Assembly (NCBI GenBank): GCA_038845975.1
Contig: JAWBQF010000009.1
Coordinates: forward strand, 1-64,000
Direction: 5' to 3'
Length of the DNA stretch: 64,000 bases
Source: Candidatus Methanomethylicia archaeon
GTDB taxonomy: Archaea > Thermoproteota > Methanomethylicia > CALHIW01
Part shown: positions 20,018-31,199 of the stretch, one piece after another
How positions within the stretch are numbered: position 1 is the first letter of the stretch
Layout of the letters: the number at the start of each line of letters is the position of its first letter
Translations under genes and position numbers: made by a program
The notes under the pieces: generated by a model
The model's database searches: none
The model's input: the letters and a program-made list of their open reading frames with translations, nothing else
Told to the model about the DNA's origin: nothing

Positions 20018-20932
20018 TTACATGTTATGTTTTATGTATTTATAAGCTGATAAAGCTGCAACAACACCATCACCTACTGCAGTAGCAACTTGGAAACCTC
20101 TACCAGTACAATCTCCAGCTGCAAATATACCTAGAATATTTGTTTTTTGGTTACTATCAGTAACTATGAATTTTTGCTCATTAATTTTTAGCCCTATTTT
20201 TTCGAATAATGCTGTTGATGGAATACCATTCTTTGCTACAAACACAGCATTCACATTTATTATTTTTATTTCATTTTTAGTCATGACTTTAACAGCTTCT
20301 ACGTTATTTTTTCCTTCAATTGAAATTAACTTACCATTAAAAATAATCTCAACCTTTCCTGATGATAAAACATGCTCAATTAAATGTTTAGGTACAGTGA
20401 GGTGCTCGCTATCAGGAATCCAATAAACTTTTTTGGCAGTACTGGTTAAATATAAAGCCTCCTCAGCTGTTCTTTCAGTATTACCAATTAGAGCAACAAC
20501 CGTATTTTTGTACAATAAGGCATCACATACAGCACAGTAGGAGACTCCATGACCAAAAAGCCTCTCTTCACCAGGAACATTAATACGAGCTTTTTCTAAT
20601 CCAGTAGCGATTATCAGAGCTTTTGCAATATATGTTTCCCCATTTCTAGTTGAAATGGTTTTGAGGTTATCCATTATCGATACCGATACCACTTCAACAG
20701 GGTACACTATTTTAGCCCCAAACTTTAGAGCTTGTCTATAAAAGAGCTCTGCTAATTCTATTCCTTTAATACCATTAGGAAAGCCAGGGTAGTTCTCTAA
20801 TTTTGGTATTTCAGTCATTTTGCCACCTATAACTCCTTTTTCTAAAACTATGGTTTTTAATCTAAGCCTTGAGCAATAAATAGCGGCTGATAATCCTGCT
20901 GGCCCTGCTCCGATAATACATACATCAAACAT
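20018..20932 (-). CDS. trxB: Thioredoxin reductase
   Basis: GAGPAGLSAA, ENYPGF, GVSYCAVCD, FAAGD. Confidence 0.92.
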   Translation of the reverse strand: MFDVCIIGAGPAGLSAAIYCSRLRLKTIVLEKGVIGGKMTEIPKLENYPGFPNGIKGIELAELFYRQALKFGAKIVYPVEVVSVSIMDNLKTISTRNGETYIAKALIIATGLEKARINVPGEERLFGHGVSYCAVCDALLYKNTVVALIGNTERTAEEALYLTSTAKKVYWIPDSEHLTVPKHLIEHVLSSGKVEIIFNGKLISIEGKNNVEAVKVMTKNEIKIINVNAVFVAKNGIPSTALFEKIGLKINEQKFIVTDSNQKTNILGIFAAGDCTGRGFQVATAVGDGVVAALSAYKYIKHNM

Positions 20933-20981
20933 TACAATACGTTATAGTAGAGACATTTATAAAGATTATGTAAGCTGTGAC

Positions 20982-21682
20982 GGCTTTGTTAACTTAAGCA
21001 TGTTTATTACCTCCATTTTTGGTATTATGTTTTCTATGAATTCCTTAGCTTTTATTTTCCTTATCCATGCTTGTTTAGTATGTATGCTATTGACTTCATA
21101 AGCATTAATGCATGCTTATCATCACATTTATCCTTCATGTTATGTAGGTTATCGAATAGCTTAATTCTATCCTTAATATACTGTATTATTCTCTCCATTA
21201 GATTCCTAACCTCTAAACCATATAATGTTTTAATTAATATTTTACATGATTCTTATAATAATGAACCCCATCACTTAATACAACTAAGAACCGTAAATAG
21301 CTCTAATTTTCTAATGTTAGTGATGTAAGTATGTTGCAACATCACAAACCCATACATATAGAATCCTTCTCAATAATGGCTCGAATGCAACATAAATAAC
21401 CTTACTCTTAAAACCTACTTACAATAGTATCATCAACCATAACAATCCTAACATCCCTCCTATCAAAATCAATAGAAGATTAAGATAAACCATAATATGG
21501 ATACATAACCTAAAACAATAAACTAAATATCTGAAGCCATCCTAGAAGAACGAAAACATATATGAGCAACATAACAACTAGAGTAAATGGAGTTCCCTCC
21601 CTAACAAACCTAACAACTTTAACCATAGATTCACCGTAAACAAGGGAGAGAGCTCCCAAATAAATCTAAAGTTAACAAAGCC
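20982..21682 (-). mobile_element. Degenerate IS6-like element, 701 bp, transposase pseudogene
   Basis: TIRs ggctttgttaactt / aagttaacaaagcc; collinear with 34170..34904. Confidence 0.88.
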
Positions 21683-21884
21683 TATTGACTCAATGATAAA
21701 ACATAAAAGAGGAAGAAATACACTATAAACATTAGATTACAGCTTTCAATTTATTGAAATCATTATAGTATATTAAAATCAAGGCCACAAACTTAACAAA
21801 TTGGAGTCAATATATCTAAAAATTAATTAAAACTCTTACATCATGAATAATCAAGTTTAATAGCCTAGTTTTAAATTACTATTT

Positions 21885-22541
21885 ATGTTAGTAGGAGTTG
21901 AAAGAGGAAGATGGCTTAAGGCTGATTTACATATTCATTCTATATACTCGGAAGATAGCTCATTAACAATTGAGCAAATTATAACTACTTGTAGAAGGCA
22001 GAGCTTTGATATAATATCAATAACAGATCATAATACATTTGAGGGGGCATTAAAAGCTAGTAGTTATGCAAAGAACTATAATGATATCACTATTCTAATA
22101 GGAATTGAAATAATGACTAACTTAGGTGAATTAATAGTTATTGGTGATGGCCCATTTGACGTATCGTATGATGCGTATGAGTTAATAGACATAGCACATT
22201 CTATGGGTTATTTAGTTATAGCTCCTCATCCATATGATATCTGGAGAAAGGGTGTAAGAGATCATATTTATAACTTAAACATAGATGCTATTGAGGTTTA
22301 TAATACATCCTCGAGTGGTAAGGCAGTGGAAAAAGCATTAAATGTAGCAAAGGCACTAAGTAAACCAGCTATTGGATCTAGCGATGCACATACAGTAAGG
22401 GAACTTAATACCTCGTATACAGTTATACATTCTATTGATAATGTTATAAATGTTAAAACAATTATTGATAGTATTAAAACTGGAAAAGTTAAACCTTATT
22501 TTAGATCAGTAAGTAGAATTTTCAGTCGTTTATTTAGATGA
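21885..22541 (+). CDS. PHP-domain phosphoesterase
   Basis: DLHIHS, ITDHN, APHPY, IEVYN, SSDAH. Confidence 0.9.
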   Translation: MLVGVERGRWLKADLHIHSIYSEDSSLTIEQIITTCRRQSFDIISITDHNTFEGALKASSYAKNYNDITILIGIEIMTNLGELIVIGDGPFDVSYDAYELIDIAHSMGYLVIAPHPYDIWRKGVRDHIYNLNIDAIEVYNTSSSGKAVEKALNVAKALSKPAIGSSDAHTVRELNTSYTVIHSIDNVINVKTIIDSIKTGKVKPYFRSVSRIFSRLFR

Positions 22542-22591
22542 TCTACTCACTTTTAATAAAATTTATTTAACTGATTATTTACGTTTTACTG

Positions 22592-23007
22592 AGCTTTGTT
22601 AACTTAAGCATGTTGATTACTCTATTTTGTTTTGTGTTTCTATGAATTCTTAGCTTTATCTTCTTATTAATCCATATCTTGTTTAATAAGTATACTATTG
22701 ATTTTATAAGCATTAATACATATTCACCATCACACTTATCCTTCATAATTGTATACAATTACCCCTTCTCATATCAAACTTAATGGAAGCTTAAAGATTT
22801 AAACCACGACAATATGGATGCATAACTCCTACAACAATAAACAAAATATCTGAAACCATACTAGACAAACATGAACAGAAATATATAAGCAACATAACAA
22901 CTAGAGTAAATGGAGTTCCCTCCCTAACAAACCTAACAACTTTAACCATAGATTCACCATAAATAGGGAAGAGAAAACTCTCAAATAAAGCTAAAGTTAA
23001 CAAAGCC
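22592..23007 (-). mobile_element. Internally deleted IS6-like derivative, 416 bp (MITE)
   Basis: Same TIRs; central ~300 bp missing; same deletion junction as 50235..50657. Confidence 0.85.
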
Positions 23008-23270
23008 TTTGCTATAGGGTAGAACTTTTATCATTATTATAATAGCATTGTTGTCAATTTTGTTTTTGCTATATGTTTAACGTTTATATCTTGTGTTTCA
23101 TATGTACTCTGTGTTTATTTTATAGTAGATGTACATGTAAGTTGGTATTTCCTTTTTAGGTTTAGGAGTTTCGCAAACTTAAATAGAACTGTATTGGAGC
23201 TTGTTACTTTAATAGAAATTAAATGAAGAAAAAATCCGCTTCAGTTAGGATAGTAGTGAAGCTGTATAGT

Positions 23271-23978
23271 TCATATTATTGTTTCTAGATACTTATTTAG
23301 ATCTTCATACACAACGTTTCCAACAACTATGGTAGCATATTTAGACATCGTTAACGCCTTATTCCTTGAATTTATTCCTCCACCATAAAATAGTTTAGCA
23401 TTAACTATGTTTTCACTTACTGCCTTTACAAATTCTGGATTTCCAAACACCCCACTATATTCAATATACACAATTGGAAAAGATAGGTATTGTTCAGCAT
23501 AAATTGCGTATGCTACAACATCATCTATGGTCAAGTCAGTATCAGCTTCTGTTACTTTAGCAACAGATGATTTAGGATTTAAAACTATATATGCTTCACC
23601 AACTACCTTATTCCATGGAATTTCAACATTTTTTCTTCGTTCATTCTTAATCCATTCGACTATTGCTTTAGAAATCCATATTATATTTTTAGTATTTAGT
23701 ACTGATGGTATGAAAAGATAGTCTATGTTTGTAAATGTTACACATTCTGGATTTGATGGTTCAAGAACTATTGGAATAGATTTTCTATATTCTGTTATTT
23801 TGGAAATTAACTTTTCAACTTTTTCACGTGTTACATTTAATGTACCACCTATGATTATAGCATCTGTTCCGCTATTAACTACTGTTGAAATGATTTCTTC
23901 AGTGTTTAGTCTGTCAGGATCAAGCTTGGTGACATGCTTCCAATTCTTCCATTCTTTTAGAGACATAAATGTTATCAC
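23271..23978 (-). CDS. pcrB: PcrB-type (group I) geranylgeranyl/heptaprenylglyceryl phosphate synthase
   Basis: WKHVTKLDPD, TDAIIIGGT, EAYIVLNP, YIEYSG, FYGGGI, VVGN. Confidence 0.85.
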   Translation of the reverse strand: MITFMSLKEWKNWKHVTKLDPDRLNTEEIISTVVNSGTDAIIIGGTLNVTREKVEKLISKITEYRKSIPIVLEPSNPECVTFTNIDYLFIPSVLNTKNIIWISKAIVEWIKNERRKNVEIPWNKVVGEAYIVLNPKSSVAKVTEADTDLTIDDVVAYAIYAEQYLSFPIVYIEYSGVFGNPEFVKAVSENIVNAKLFYGGGINSRNKALTMSKYATIVVGNVVYEDLNKYLETII

Positions 23979-24017
23979 TGGAGCAAACTAATAAACATTA
24001 TTAATATTTAAGTTAAG

Positions 24018-24491
24018 TTATGTTAATTGCTTTAAAACATCACTTATAAACATTAGTCTACCACAATAAAAACAGCGTAATGTTAACTTAATTTTGTCTT
24101 CTACTAGGAATTTTGAAGTTAAAGATTCTCTTTCATAATTTGTTATGCAGGAAGGGTTTTGACACTTTAAAACCCCTTCAAATTTCTCTGGTAATTCTAC
24201 TTTTACTTTCTCAATTACATCATAATTTTTTACTATGTTTATAGTAGCATTTGGAGCTATTAATGCTATCAAATTAAGTTCATCTTTAAGTAGATATCTA
24301 TTCTCGATTTTTATAATGTCTTTCTTACCTAATTTTCTACTTTCAACATTCATCGCTATTAACACTACGTTTCCTTCCTTACCTGTTATTCTAACTATTT
24401 TTAGAATATCTAATGCTTTTCCGGAAGGAATATGGTCTATTACAGTTCCATTCATAATTTTTTTAACTTTTAATTCACTGCTATTAGTCAT
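24018..24491 (-). CDS. pyrI: Aspartate carbamoyltransferase regulatory chain
   Basis: GTVIDHIP, KKDIIKIE, CQNPSCIT, CFYC. Confidence 0.96.
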   Translation of the reverse strand: MTNSSELKVKKIMNGTVIDHIPSGKALDILKIVRITGKEGNVVLIAMNVESRKLGKKDIIKIENRYLLKDELNLIALIAPNATINIVKNYDVIEKVKVELPEKFEGVLKCQNPSCITNYERESLTSKFLVEDKIKLTLRCFYCGRLMFISDVLKQLT

Positions 24492-24612
24492 AAATACCTA
24501 TAGTTAAAGTATAACTATTCTAAATTAATTTAATGCTACCACTAATGTCAGCTACAAAAATCCTATTAAAGGGCTTTGCTGTTTAGCAAGATCATAAATA
24601 TCTGAAAGTACT

Positions 24613-25527
24613 TTATCTTCTATGCGCTAGACCTACTAAATCATTTATTTTATCAATATTATTTTCCTCCAAATACTTTTTAATACCAGTACATATTTTC
24701 CTAAATATACCTAAACCTTCAGTAGCTATTGCTGAACCTATTTGAATAGCTTTAGCTCCAGCTAGAATATATTCTACGGCATCCTCCCATGAATATATTC
24801 CTCCACAACCAATTATTGGAATACTCAGCACTTCGTAAGCTTTAAATACGCATGCTAATGAAAGCGGTTTAAGAGCCTTGCCAGAAAGCCCACCATAAAC
24901 TCCTTGAAGAACCGGTTTCTTACTGAAAATGTCTATTTTCATAGCTTTAACAGTATTTGTTAACGTTACTGCAGAAGCCCCTCCGTCTTCTGCCGCTAAT
25001 GTAAGCTCATCAATTAATGTCATTAATGGAGGGAGCTTAGCTATAACAGGTACTTTTGATTTCTTGCATACTTCTCTTGTTACTTCTTCAACCATCCAGG
25101 GTATTTTTCCTATTTCTAACCCTACACCCATTTTGGTTGGGCATGATAAATTAAGCTCTAAAGCATCTACATAGTCAGTAAGCTTGCTTGCTAAATATTT
25201 AAACTCATCAATATCTGATGCAAAAATACTTCCAAATAACCTGACCTTCTTACTTTTTACTATTTCAAACTCAGCTATCATTTCATTAAGTCCTGGATTA
25301 GGCAATCCCATTGAGTTTATATATCCATATCCTAGGTCGATAAGTACAGGTGTCTTGTATCCCTCGTTTGGCTTAATGCTAATTGACTTTGAAACAACAG
25401 CTCCGGCTCCAGATTTATATGCTCTAATTAGCAATGAAGCTGTAGTTCCAAGTATTCCTGAAGCTAGTATTGTAGGGTTTCTAAGAAATAGGGTACCTAA
25501 TGAAATACTTACTGACATATTAATCAC
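24613..25527 (-). CDS. pyrD: Dihydroorotate dehydrogenase family 1B catalytic subunit
   Basis: LASG, NSMGLPNPG, ELNLSCP, GGLSG, IIGCGGI. Confidence 0.94.
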   Translation of the reverse strand: MINMSVSISLGTLFLRNPTILASGILGTTASLLIRAYKSGAGAVVSKSISIKPNEGYKTPVLIDLGYGYINSMGLPNPGLNEMIAEFEIVKSKKVRLFGSIFASDIDEFKYLASKLTDYVDALELNLSCPTKMGVGLEIGKIPWMVEEVTREVCKKSKVPVIAKLPPLMTLIDELTLAAEDGGASAVTLTNTVKAMKIDIFSKKPVLQGVYGGLSGKALKPLSLACVFKAYEVLSIPIIGCGGIYSWEDAVEYILAGAKAIQIGSAIATEGLGIFRKICTGIKKYLEENNIDKINDLVGLAHRR

Positions 25528-26335
25528 TTAATTTAACTTTTACACCGGAGGGGGAACGACGATAGCGGCCAAGCTCACTTAGTTTCACTAATATTTTAAG
25601 TGGAAATACAGGACCGTCTTTACATACTCGTAACCCAAGAGGATCTAGACAGCAGGAACCACATAATCCAATTCCGCACTTAATAAGTCTCTCTAGAGAT
25701 GCTTGCAGGTTTAAATTGTGGTCATATGCCAATTTTATAAGTTTAGTTATCATGACTTCCGGTCCACATGTATATATTAAGTCTACCTTTGAGAGAGACA
25801 GATATTTTTCTACCAGTGTAGTAACGTCACCGTGAAAACCTTCAGAGCCGTCATCTGTAGATACAAATACTTCTCCTAACAGTTTAAACTGGTCATAAAA
25901 AAGCAGTTCATCTTTATTCCGCGCACCTAAAAACGATATTACTTTTATATTCATGTTTGAAACTTTCTTAGCTAGAAGGAGGAGAGGAGCTATTCCATAA
26001 CCACCACCAATAATCCATATCTTGTTTGTACCCCTAGGAATTTTAAATCCATTACCATACGGACCTCTAACATATAAATAGTCATGAATTTTCAGTTCAT
26101 GAATTTGCCTCGTTGTTTCGCCAACAGCCGCTATCGTTAAACCCATGATTGAACCATTAAAGTAAGATATAGAAATTGGCACCTCTTCAGCACCCGGAAT
26201 CCAAACCATCATAAACTGACCGGGGATAACTTTAATTCTATCTTTTAGTTTTAGATAAAATGTCTTAATCCTATCTGAGTGAGTGAGGATATTAATAATT
26301 TCAATAGGTTTTTGAGAAACTATCATTTTTAACAC
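25520..26335 (-). CDS. pyrK: Dihydroorotate dehydrogenase electron transfer subunit
   Basis: PGQFMMVW, RGPYGNGF, GGGYGIAP, CGPE, CGIGLCGSC, VCKDGPVF. Confidence 0.94.
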   Translation of the reverse strand: MLKMIVSQKPIEIINILTHSDRIKTFYLKLKDRIKVIPGQFMMVWIPGAEEVPISISYFNGSIMGLTIAAVGETTRQIHELKIHDYLYVRGPYGNGFKIPRGTNKIWIIGGGYGIAPLLLLAKKVSNMNIKVISFLGARNKDELLFYDQFKLLGEVFVSTDDGSEGFHGDVTTLVEKYLSLSKVDLIYTCGPEVMITKLIKLAYDHNLNLQASLERLIKCGIGLCGSCCLDPLGLRVCKDGPVFPLKILVKLSELGRYRRSPSGVKVKLSD

Positions 26336-27647
26336 CTATCTTTACGAATTTACCACACCCTTTTTTTACTAAAATTTCATCTTCATCATAAATAAGTAAG
26401 CCGCCTAAAATTGTTTTAAAAACTTTAAATTTAACCTTCATATTTTTGAATGGAGAATATCGTGCTTTAGATTTAAATTTCTCTGGATCTATTGTATATT
26501 CACCTTTATGATTAACAATAACTAAATCTGCATCAAATCCAGGTTCTATTTTACCCTTATTTTTAAGATTAAGGAGTTTAGCCGGATTTTCAGACATAGC
26601 GGAGATAACATGTGAAAAAATAAGTTCATCATTTAAGCATCTCGATAAAAGCACTGGTAGAGCAACTTCAAAGTTTGGAAAGCCTGAGGGGGCTTCACAG
26701 TAGTCCTTTGATTTCTCTTCCAGAGCATGCGGTGAATGATCTGTTACTATACAATCTACAAGACCTTTATTAAGAAGCTTAACTAGCATTTTTCTATCAT
26801 ATTCAGTACGTAATGGGGGGTTTACCTTAGCTATGTTTCCCCAAGTAGATGTAAAATTATTATTAAGAATAAGGTGATGAGGTGTTACCTCAACTGAAAT
26901 GTTTAAATGATTATATTTCACTTTACTAATTAAGAAGCATGAATCGCTTGACGATATATGACATATATGCGCTTTAAATTTATAGATGCTTTTTAAGTTA
27001 AATACATAATTTATGGCTTCAATTTCAGCCTTTGTGGGTCTGATTAAATGATGATTCAACACATTTAACTCACAGGTAGTAGTGTTAATATTAATAAAAT
27101 CTCTTAATTCAGCGTGAAAGTGAACACGTATATTGTAATTATTACAAGCATTATAGAAATTATAGTTGCAGTGGTCCGTATTTAACTCACCATATTCGCT
27201 TAAATATACTTTAAACCCTGCTATACCCATATTAACCAATTCTATAAATTCCTCAATATTTTTGGGAGGAGCTGAATATAAGCCAACATTAACTATAGCA
27301 TTTAAATGTATCTTTTCTATTTTTTCACGAAGTCGTATTGGCGAATTTGTAACAGGTTCAGTATTAGGCATATCAAATACTGTAGTAAAACCACCAGAAG
27401 CTGCTGCACATGTTCCTGTGTAGAAATCTTCTTTATAAGATAGCTTAAAATCTCTTAAATGAGAATGAATATCTATGAGGCCAGGAAGAATAAGTAATCC
27501 ATTGACGTTCAGTCTTAAATCAGATCGAGGAGCTAAAGGCTCCTTGCAGAGTTTAACTATTTTACCATTATCGATGACTATAGCGCACTCGACAAATTCC
27601 CCTGCATGCCAGACTTTACCACCAGATATTACTAAATCAGCAATCAA
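26301..27647 (-). CDS. pyrC: Dihydroorotase
   Basis: PGLIDIHSHLR, GGFTTVFDMPNT, PHHL, VNPPLR, TDHSPH; operon context. Confidence 0.93.
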   Translation of the reverse strand: MIADLVISGGKVWHAGEFVECAIVIDNGKIVKLCKEPLAPRSDLRLNVNGLLILPGLIDIHSHLRDFKLSYKEDFYTGTCAAASGGFTTVFDMPNTEPVTNSPIRLREKIEKIHLNAIVNVGLYSAPPKNIEEFIELVNMGIAGFKVYLSEYGELNTDHCNYNFYNACNNYNIRVHFHAELRDFININTTTCELNVLNHHLIRPTKAEIEAINYVFNLKSIYKFKAHICHISSSDSCFLISKVKYNHLNISVEVTPHHLILNNNFTSTWGNIAKVNPPLRTEYDRKMLVKLLNKGLVDCIVTDHSPHALEEKSKDYCEAPSGFPNFEVALPVLLSRCLNDELIFSHVISAMSENPAKLLNLKNKGKIEPGFDADLVIVNHKGEYTIDPEKFKSKARYSPFKNMKVKFKVFKTILGGLLIYDEDEILVKKGCGKFVKIGVKNDSFSKTY

Positions 27648-27658
27648 GAAAATTCACG

Positions 27659-28630
27659 CTATTTAAAGCTATAAAATAACTGTTTTAAATCTTCTTTATT
27701 AGCTAAAATCATTGATAGTAGAGCCATTCTTATGCATAAACCATAATATGTTTGAATGAAGTATTTAGCTTGAGGGTGTGAATTAACATCTAATGATATT
27801 TCATCAACTCTTGGCAATGGATGTAAAATAATACAATTAGGCTTGGCTTTAGATATTAGGGAGGAGGTTACCTTATAGCTTCCCTTAACTCTTAAATATT
27901 CAGCGGGATCTGGGAAACGTTCTTTCTGAATTCTAACAACATATATTACATCAAGATTAGAAATGATTTTTTCAATATCTTCATAGTATTTAAACTCAAC
28001 TCCTTTCTTTTTCAGATCCTCTTCGATTTCATCTCTTAACCTTAAACTTGGAGGAGATACGAAGCTTAAATTAACATTAAAAAGAGATAAAGCATACACA
28101 AGAGAATGAACAGTTCTTCCATATTTAAGATCGCCAATAATGCCAATCTCTAAACCATCCACTTTACCAAGTTCTCTTTTTATGGTGTATATATCTAATA
28201 AAGCCTGGGTTGGATGCTCTTGAGCCCCGCTACCAGCATTAATAACAGGAACATTGGATAGCTCAGCAGCTAACTTAGCAGCACCTTCAGCTGGATGACG
28301 TAAAACTATGCAGTCACAATAATTCTCAACTGTCTTAATAGTATCCGAAAGCGTTTCACCTTTAGCAACAGACGATGCTTCAGCAGACGTAAATCCTATA
28401 ACGTTACCTCCAAGTCTATACATTGCAGCTTCAAAACTTAAGCGAGTTCTAGTTGATGGTTCAAAGAATAGTGTAGCCATTATTTTACCTCTAAGAATAT
28501 TAGGACTACCGCCTTTAGCATACTTCTCCATTATATAAGCAACATTAAATATTTCCTCAATTAACTCCCTACTAAAATCCAGAATTGAAACTACATCTTT
28601 ACCGTGGAGGCTAAACAGATTACTCACCAT
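27659..28630 (-). CDS. pyrB: Aspartate carbamoyltransferase catalytic chain
   Basis: FFEPSTRTRLSFE, HPTQALLD, GDLKYGRTVHSL, HPLPR. Confidence 0.97.
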   Translation of the reverse strand: MVSNLFSLHGKDVVSILDFSRELIEEIFNVAYIMEKYAKGGSPNILRGKIMATLFFEPSTRTRLSFEAAMYRLGGNVIGFTSAEASSVAKGETLSDTIKTVENYCDCIVLRHPAEGAAKLAAELSNVPVINAGSGAQEHPTQALLDIYTIKRELGKVDGLEIGIIGDLKYGRTVHSLVYALSLFNVNLSFVSPPSLRLRDEIEEDLKKKGVEFKYYEDIEKIISNLDVIYVVRIQKERFPDPAEYLRVKGSYKVTSSLISKAKPNCIILHPLPRVDEISLDVNSHPQAKYFIQTYYGLCIRMALLSMILANKEDLKQLFYSFK

Positions 28631-29001
28631 AAAATACCTTTAACTACAAATATTTGAATTTTTTAATTACAATATGGCTTAACATTATGCTACTAATCAA
28701 CACTAGATAATATGAATAAGTAAACGATAAATCTTAAATAGATATGACAACTTAAGCCTACTTTCCAGGGTTGTAGATGGTATAAATATAAATAGGTTTA
28801 GTATTCAGTTTATTTCTTATCGTATAGTTGTTATTGTTGAGAATACTCTAATTCTCTCTGAATAATAGTATTCTACTCTACTATACTTCTCTTACTGAAA
28901 GATACTTCTAAATGTAGTAGTTTAAGTTTTACGTAGTGCATTATCAATGAAGAATATTGATTCTATCATAATGTTTTAATTACTTCATAAGAATTGTTTA
29001 A

Positions 29002-29112
29002 GAACTAATTGCAAACTCCAAATTTAAACATGTTAACAATATTTCACAACACTATTCTCATGTAGAATTAAACCAGTTAAACCTTAATAGTAGAGTTTTG
29101 CAATGACTTCTA
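29002..29112. repeat. 111-bp direct repeat copy 1 (MITE-like, imperfect TIR)
   Basis: Identical to 31015..31125; ends gaactaattgcaaactc / gagttttgcaatgacttc. Confidence 0.9.
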
Positions 29113-29609
29113 AATATTATGATATTCCTTATATGCTTCCATAGCAAACTTATCTGAAAACTTATATTGTTAAAACTTAAATTAGATTAATAAATTAACT
29201 ACCAACTAATCATAGAGTTTTCAGACAGGCTAAGCTATTATTTCATTCCTATAATATCTAGTATAATCCAATAATTCCTATCATTAGTCTTAACTCCTCA
29301 TTTATAACTCTCTAGAACTCCAATGATTTATATTTATCCTCTCCTAAGCTTATTCATTCCTACAATAACCATATTATAAACCTAAATAATACTCTAGAAA
29401 CCCCTATCAAATATCTATATGAATACTATATCAAATTACATCTATAAAACATTATTCCACTCAAACATTCCAAGATTTTAATAAACTCCTAATACTAACA
29501 TGAAATAAACAATAAACTTATATAACTTCTTAAGTCGCTAAGTTCTCTTAAATTACCAGAAAATTTAAACACTAGTTCCTAAGTATACCTACTACTGGAG
29601 TGAAAATAA

Positions 29610-30983
29610 ATGGTTAGTACGCAATGGAGTTTACTATATTTACTACGTGAGAATCCTGATAAACTCAAATGGAGTCAAAAAGTAAGAGGGTTGGATGAAA
29701 AGGTAATTGATAGTGCATTAGAACTTGATTTGAAATGGAGGGAGATTTTGAAAGAAGTCAATAAACTAAAACATGAGAAAAATGTCATTTCTAAAATGCT
29801 CTTAAAGACAACCATAGAAGATAAAAATACTTTAATTAATAAAGCTCGTGAAATAACTCAGAAGATAGAAAAGCTTGAAGCATACGCTGAAGATTTAAAG
29901 AAACGTAGAGATCAGATACTACTAGGACTACCAAATGTATTACATGAATCAGTACCTATCGGTACTGATGAAAGCGATAATATACCTGTAAGGTTTTATG
30001 GAAAACCAAAAGTTTGGAGGAAATTTATTGACCAATTTTTAAATCAAGTAAGAGGACATAATGTGGAGTATGAAATAGTGGATAGGCTTCCTATTGGTCA
30101 TGCTGAATACGTGGAAAAAACAGGCCTTGCAGATATGGAAAGAGCTGCAAAAGTTTCAGGCTCTAGATTTTATTACTTAATAGATGATCTTGTATGGCTT
30201 GACTTTGCATTAATTAACTATGCTCTCGATTACCTTAAAGCACAAGGTTTTAAAATTCTTGAGCCTCCATTTATGATTAGAAGAGAAGCTTACGAAGGAG
30301 TAACTTCACTTGAAGATTTTGCAAATGTCATATATAAAATTGAGGGGGAAAATCTATATTTAATAGCAACATCTGAGCATGCAATTGCTGCCATGCACAT
30401 GAATGAGGTGCTTGAAAAAAGCGAGCTTCCACTATTGTATGCTGGAGTAAGTCCCTGTTTTAGAAAGGAGGCTGGAGCCCATGGCAAAGATACTAAGGGA
30501 ATATTTAGAGTTCATCAGTTTAATAAAGTTGAGCAATTCGTATTTTGTTTACCTGAGGATTCTTGGAAATGGCACGAGAAACTCATAGAGAATGCCGAAA
30601 AACTATGGCAAGGCCTTGAGATTCCTTATAGAATTGTTAACATATGCACAGGAGACATAGGAATTGTAGCTGCAAAAAAATATGACTTAGAAGCATGGAT
30701 GCCAGCTCAAGGGAAATATAGGGAGGTAGTATCATGTAGTAATTGCACAGATTGGCAGTCATATAGGCTTAATATAAGATATGCTGAAAAGAGAGGGTTA
30801 CCATCAGAGGGCTATGTTCATACATTAAACTCAACAGCAATAGCTACATCTAGAGCTATAACAGCTATAATAGAAAACTATCAACAGGAGGATGGAAGCG
30901 TAATTATTCCTAAGGTTTTAAGAAAATATTTAGAGAATATTGAGAATGCGCCTAAAGAAAAAATAGTACCAATTCGAAAGTAA
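29610..30983 (+). CDS. serS: Serine--tRNA ligase
   Basis: N-terminal coiled coil, KVSGSRF, ATSEH, FRKEAG, IFRVHQFNKVE, EVVSCSNC, HTLNST. Confidence 0.97.
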   Translation: MVSTQWSLLYLLRENPDKLKWSQKVRGLDEKVIDSALELDLKWREILKEVNKLKHEKNVISKMLLKTTIEDKNTLINKAREITQKIEKLEAYAEDLKKRRDQILLGLPNVLHESVPIGTDESDNIPVRFYGKPKVWRKFIDQFLNQVRGHNVEYEIVDRLPIGHAEYVEKTGLADMERAAKVSGSRFYYLIDDLVWLDFALINYALDYLKAQGFKILEPPFMIRREAYEGVTSLEDFANVIYKIEGENLYLIATSEHAIAAMHMNEVLEKSELPLLYAGVSPCFRKEAGAHGKDTKGIFRVHQFNKVEQFVFCLPEDSWKWHEKLIENAEKLWQGLEIPYRIVNICTGDIGIVAAKKYDLEAWMPAQGKYREVVSCSNCTDWQSYRLNIRYAEKRGLPSEGYVHTLNSTAIATSRAITAIIENYQQEDGSVIIPKVLRKYLENIENAPKEKIVPIRK

Positions 30984-31014
30984 AATATGTAGAAACTTGA
31001 ACAACATTAAATAT

Positions 31015-31125
31015 GAACTAATTGCAAACTCCAAATTTAAACATGTTAACAATATTTCACAACACTATTCTCATGTAGAATTAAACCAGTTAAACCTTAA
31101 TAGTAGAGTTTTGCAATGACTTCTA
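31015..31125. repeat. 111-bp direct repeat copy 2
   Basis: Identical to 29002..29112. Confidence 0.9.
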
Positions 31126-31199
31126 TATTAACTTAAGCTCATCACTTAGATCAACATTAATTCTTATTAAATTTAGAGTACTAGTACTGATCACTAACA

